Source: an uncultured Planctomycetota bacterium (lineage in GTDB: Bacteria; Planctomycetota; Planctomycetia; Isosphaerales; Isosphaeraceae). From it: a stretch of 64,000 nucleotides of DNA. Position 1 is the first letter of the stretch; every line of letters starts with the position of its first letter. Positions 63,401 to 64,000 of this stretch are shown in pieces. Location of the stretch: positions 384,001 to 448,000 of the forward strand of contig CAWGMQ010000010.1 of NCBI GenBank assembly GCA_963823665.1, read 5' to 3'. Both the position numbers and the translations under genes were made by a program. Under the pieces are notes generated by a model that ran no database searches, had not been told where the DNA came from, and worked only from the letters and a program-made list of their open reading frames with translations.

Positions 63401-64000
63401 CGGCGCGTTGGTCACGTCGATCGGATTCGTCGTCACGGGCGTGAGGCTGCCGCTCGTGACCTTGAGGGTGTAGTTCATCCCGACCTTGTTGAGCGTCAGA
63501 CCGCTGAAGACTGCTTGGCCGTCGATCACGGGGACGGTCTCGGCTACACCGGCGGGGTTCGAGCCACCGGGGTTGGCCATGATGGCAACCGAAACGTTGC
63601 CCGAGAAAATCGTGGTGGGATTGCCGAAGATGTCATCGGCGCCGACCGTGAAGCCCCACGTGGAGCCGGCCTGAACGGGGCTCGGCGGTTGCTGGATGAT
63701 AAAGAGCTGGGTGGCGGCACCGACGATCACGATCGGGGTGGATTCGGGCGAGGTGGTGACCAGGCCGGGGCTGGAGCCGAGGAGATTGTAGGTGCCGTCC
63801 GTTCCGATCGAGAGGTTCATGAAAGTCGCGACGCCCGCGACCGCGTTCTCCGTTTCCGTGCCGGCCAGGCCGTTGGCACCGCCCGCGAGGGAGATCGTCA
63901 CGGGGCCGTTGTAAGTCGTGGCGATGTTTCCGAACTCGTCTTCGGCGTCGACGAGCACGGGCAACGGAGTCGCGAAATTCGCGCCCGGCAGGGCGGTCGC
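60449..64000 (-). CDS. Large Ig-like beta-repeat surface protein with a Calx-beta domain (5' end outside the window)
   Basis: ~100-aa repeats ([11 protein letters not shown]....AED.YGN.AT.F.G.V...GVATFS.L). Calx-beta (TVNE..G...V.RT.G..G.V.V.....GTA.AG.NY......L.FAAGQTS). Confidence 0.9.
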   Translation of the reverse strand, partial: ATALPGANFATPLPVLVDAEDEFGNIATTYNGPVTISLAGGANGLAGTETENAVAGVATFMNLSIGTDGTYNLLGSSPGLVTTSPESTPIVIVGAATQLFIIQQPPSPVQAGSTWGFTVGADDIFGNPTTIFSGNVSVAIMANPGGSNPAGVAETVPVIDGQAVFSGLTLNKVGMNYTLKVTSGSLTPVTTNPIDVTNAPADHLVITQANEPPSSVIAGQTFGLDVTALDPYGNVDVGFSGQVTVSIAGGTLTGTTTLNVANGQAAFSGLAIDTTGTFKILATSTPLLTSTMSTSITVNPAPASQLVWAAEPPSSVVHNFPFGAALALEDQYGNLETGSNESVSVTLDHNPNLASLGGDTTANLVSGLASFTDLSITEVGNGYTLQGSAGNLTSMASTPIDVTPTPAVALEITVEPPSNVTVAQAFSFQVTALDAMNNPDGDFNGSVTVSLASGPTSQLGGTLTVTAVGGVATFSDLNVGTVGSGYTLAVVSPGLTGTTSTAFTVNPGPAAKLLITTEPATTVAAGSQFGFVITAEDQYGNLATGFNGIETISLLSGPSGAVLTGANSATATAGVATASGLILTKTGSYTLQVSGTGLTPATTTAVTVTALAASQFVISTQPPSSVTAGSPFGMAITAEDIFGNVATGFHGNVAVSLSHDPGTGVLGGTLIAPAASGVAQFSTLQLNTAGSPYTIAASSGTLTSPPSAPITVTPATATTLIVYIPPPTTMTSGSQFGLAIAALDQFGNLATGYTGNVTIALQNNPGNATLSGPLTVAAVGGVANFHAFITAEIAATGYTLTASATGLSPVTTGSITVNPAPATHLVLISEPPSVITSGTAFGFIVAAEDTYGNIATPYTGQIVASVPAGSGATLTGLTSIAAANGEVTFSGLLLTESNGAVPISVSSTGLTGVTTNPVTVSPPAQVAFATGTVTVNETVGEAAVEVVRTSGYSGAVSVRVATTTGTAVAGVNYTPVNQVLNFAAGQTSQTVMIPVINTGALPTGLTVTIALSNPGTNAELGSQSTAMLVIQATTPPPPPLVTLQSVGLVTNSKHQVKQIQVDWSGALNGSQAMSTALYELIVANKSGQFIPKKKNLIKVKKAAYSSDEVTLTLKTPTRISKAIELIVQGTAPGGLQDAEGRLIDGADTGTAGSNAVAVISKGGVKIDAVHGGPMAVKKAADRK

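Overview
A 64-kb chromosomal segment from a GC-rich planctomycete, probably Isosphaeraceae-like (DUF1559 prepilin-like gene, DUF1580-like HTH, LEPR-XLL-type leader, giant Calx-beta/beta-repeat adhesin). Positions 1-31.56 kb are the right part of an integrative genomic island. It ends in a 17-bp copy of the tmRNA 3' end (31542-31558), with arm-type direct repeats before it and a terminator after it. The island carries a defence block: a DUF499/DUF1156 restriction-like operon with a metallophosphoesterase-TPR gene (methylase split by ISL3, ATPase with a premature TGA), a GHKL-ATPase/PD-(D/E)XK nuclease split by IS21, and intact EVE-Mrr, McrBC and NucS-like nucleases. It also carries a replication/regulation module (HTHs, ATPase, primase-like Rep, orphan MTase). 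Then come a DHH phosphoesterase/membrane patatin pair, an amine oxidase, the intact tmRNA (38392-38757) and hydrolases. The best candidate for an undescribed system is a four-gene operon at 42.35-54.45 kb: a DNase I-like EEP nuclease, two paralogous catalytically degenerate HNH-type proteins and a ~2,900-aa leaderless protein (beta-rich N-terminus, Ala-rich hydrophobic hairpin, FN3-like repeats). A ~100-nt covarying hairpin is shared by the unrelated ISL3 and IS21 elements. Many single-indel frameshifts probably reflect sequencing error, so pseudogene calls without an IS insertion are tentative. All family calls come from motif recognition by eye; no database searches were run.
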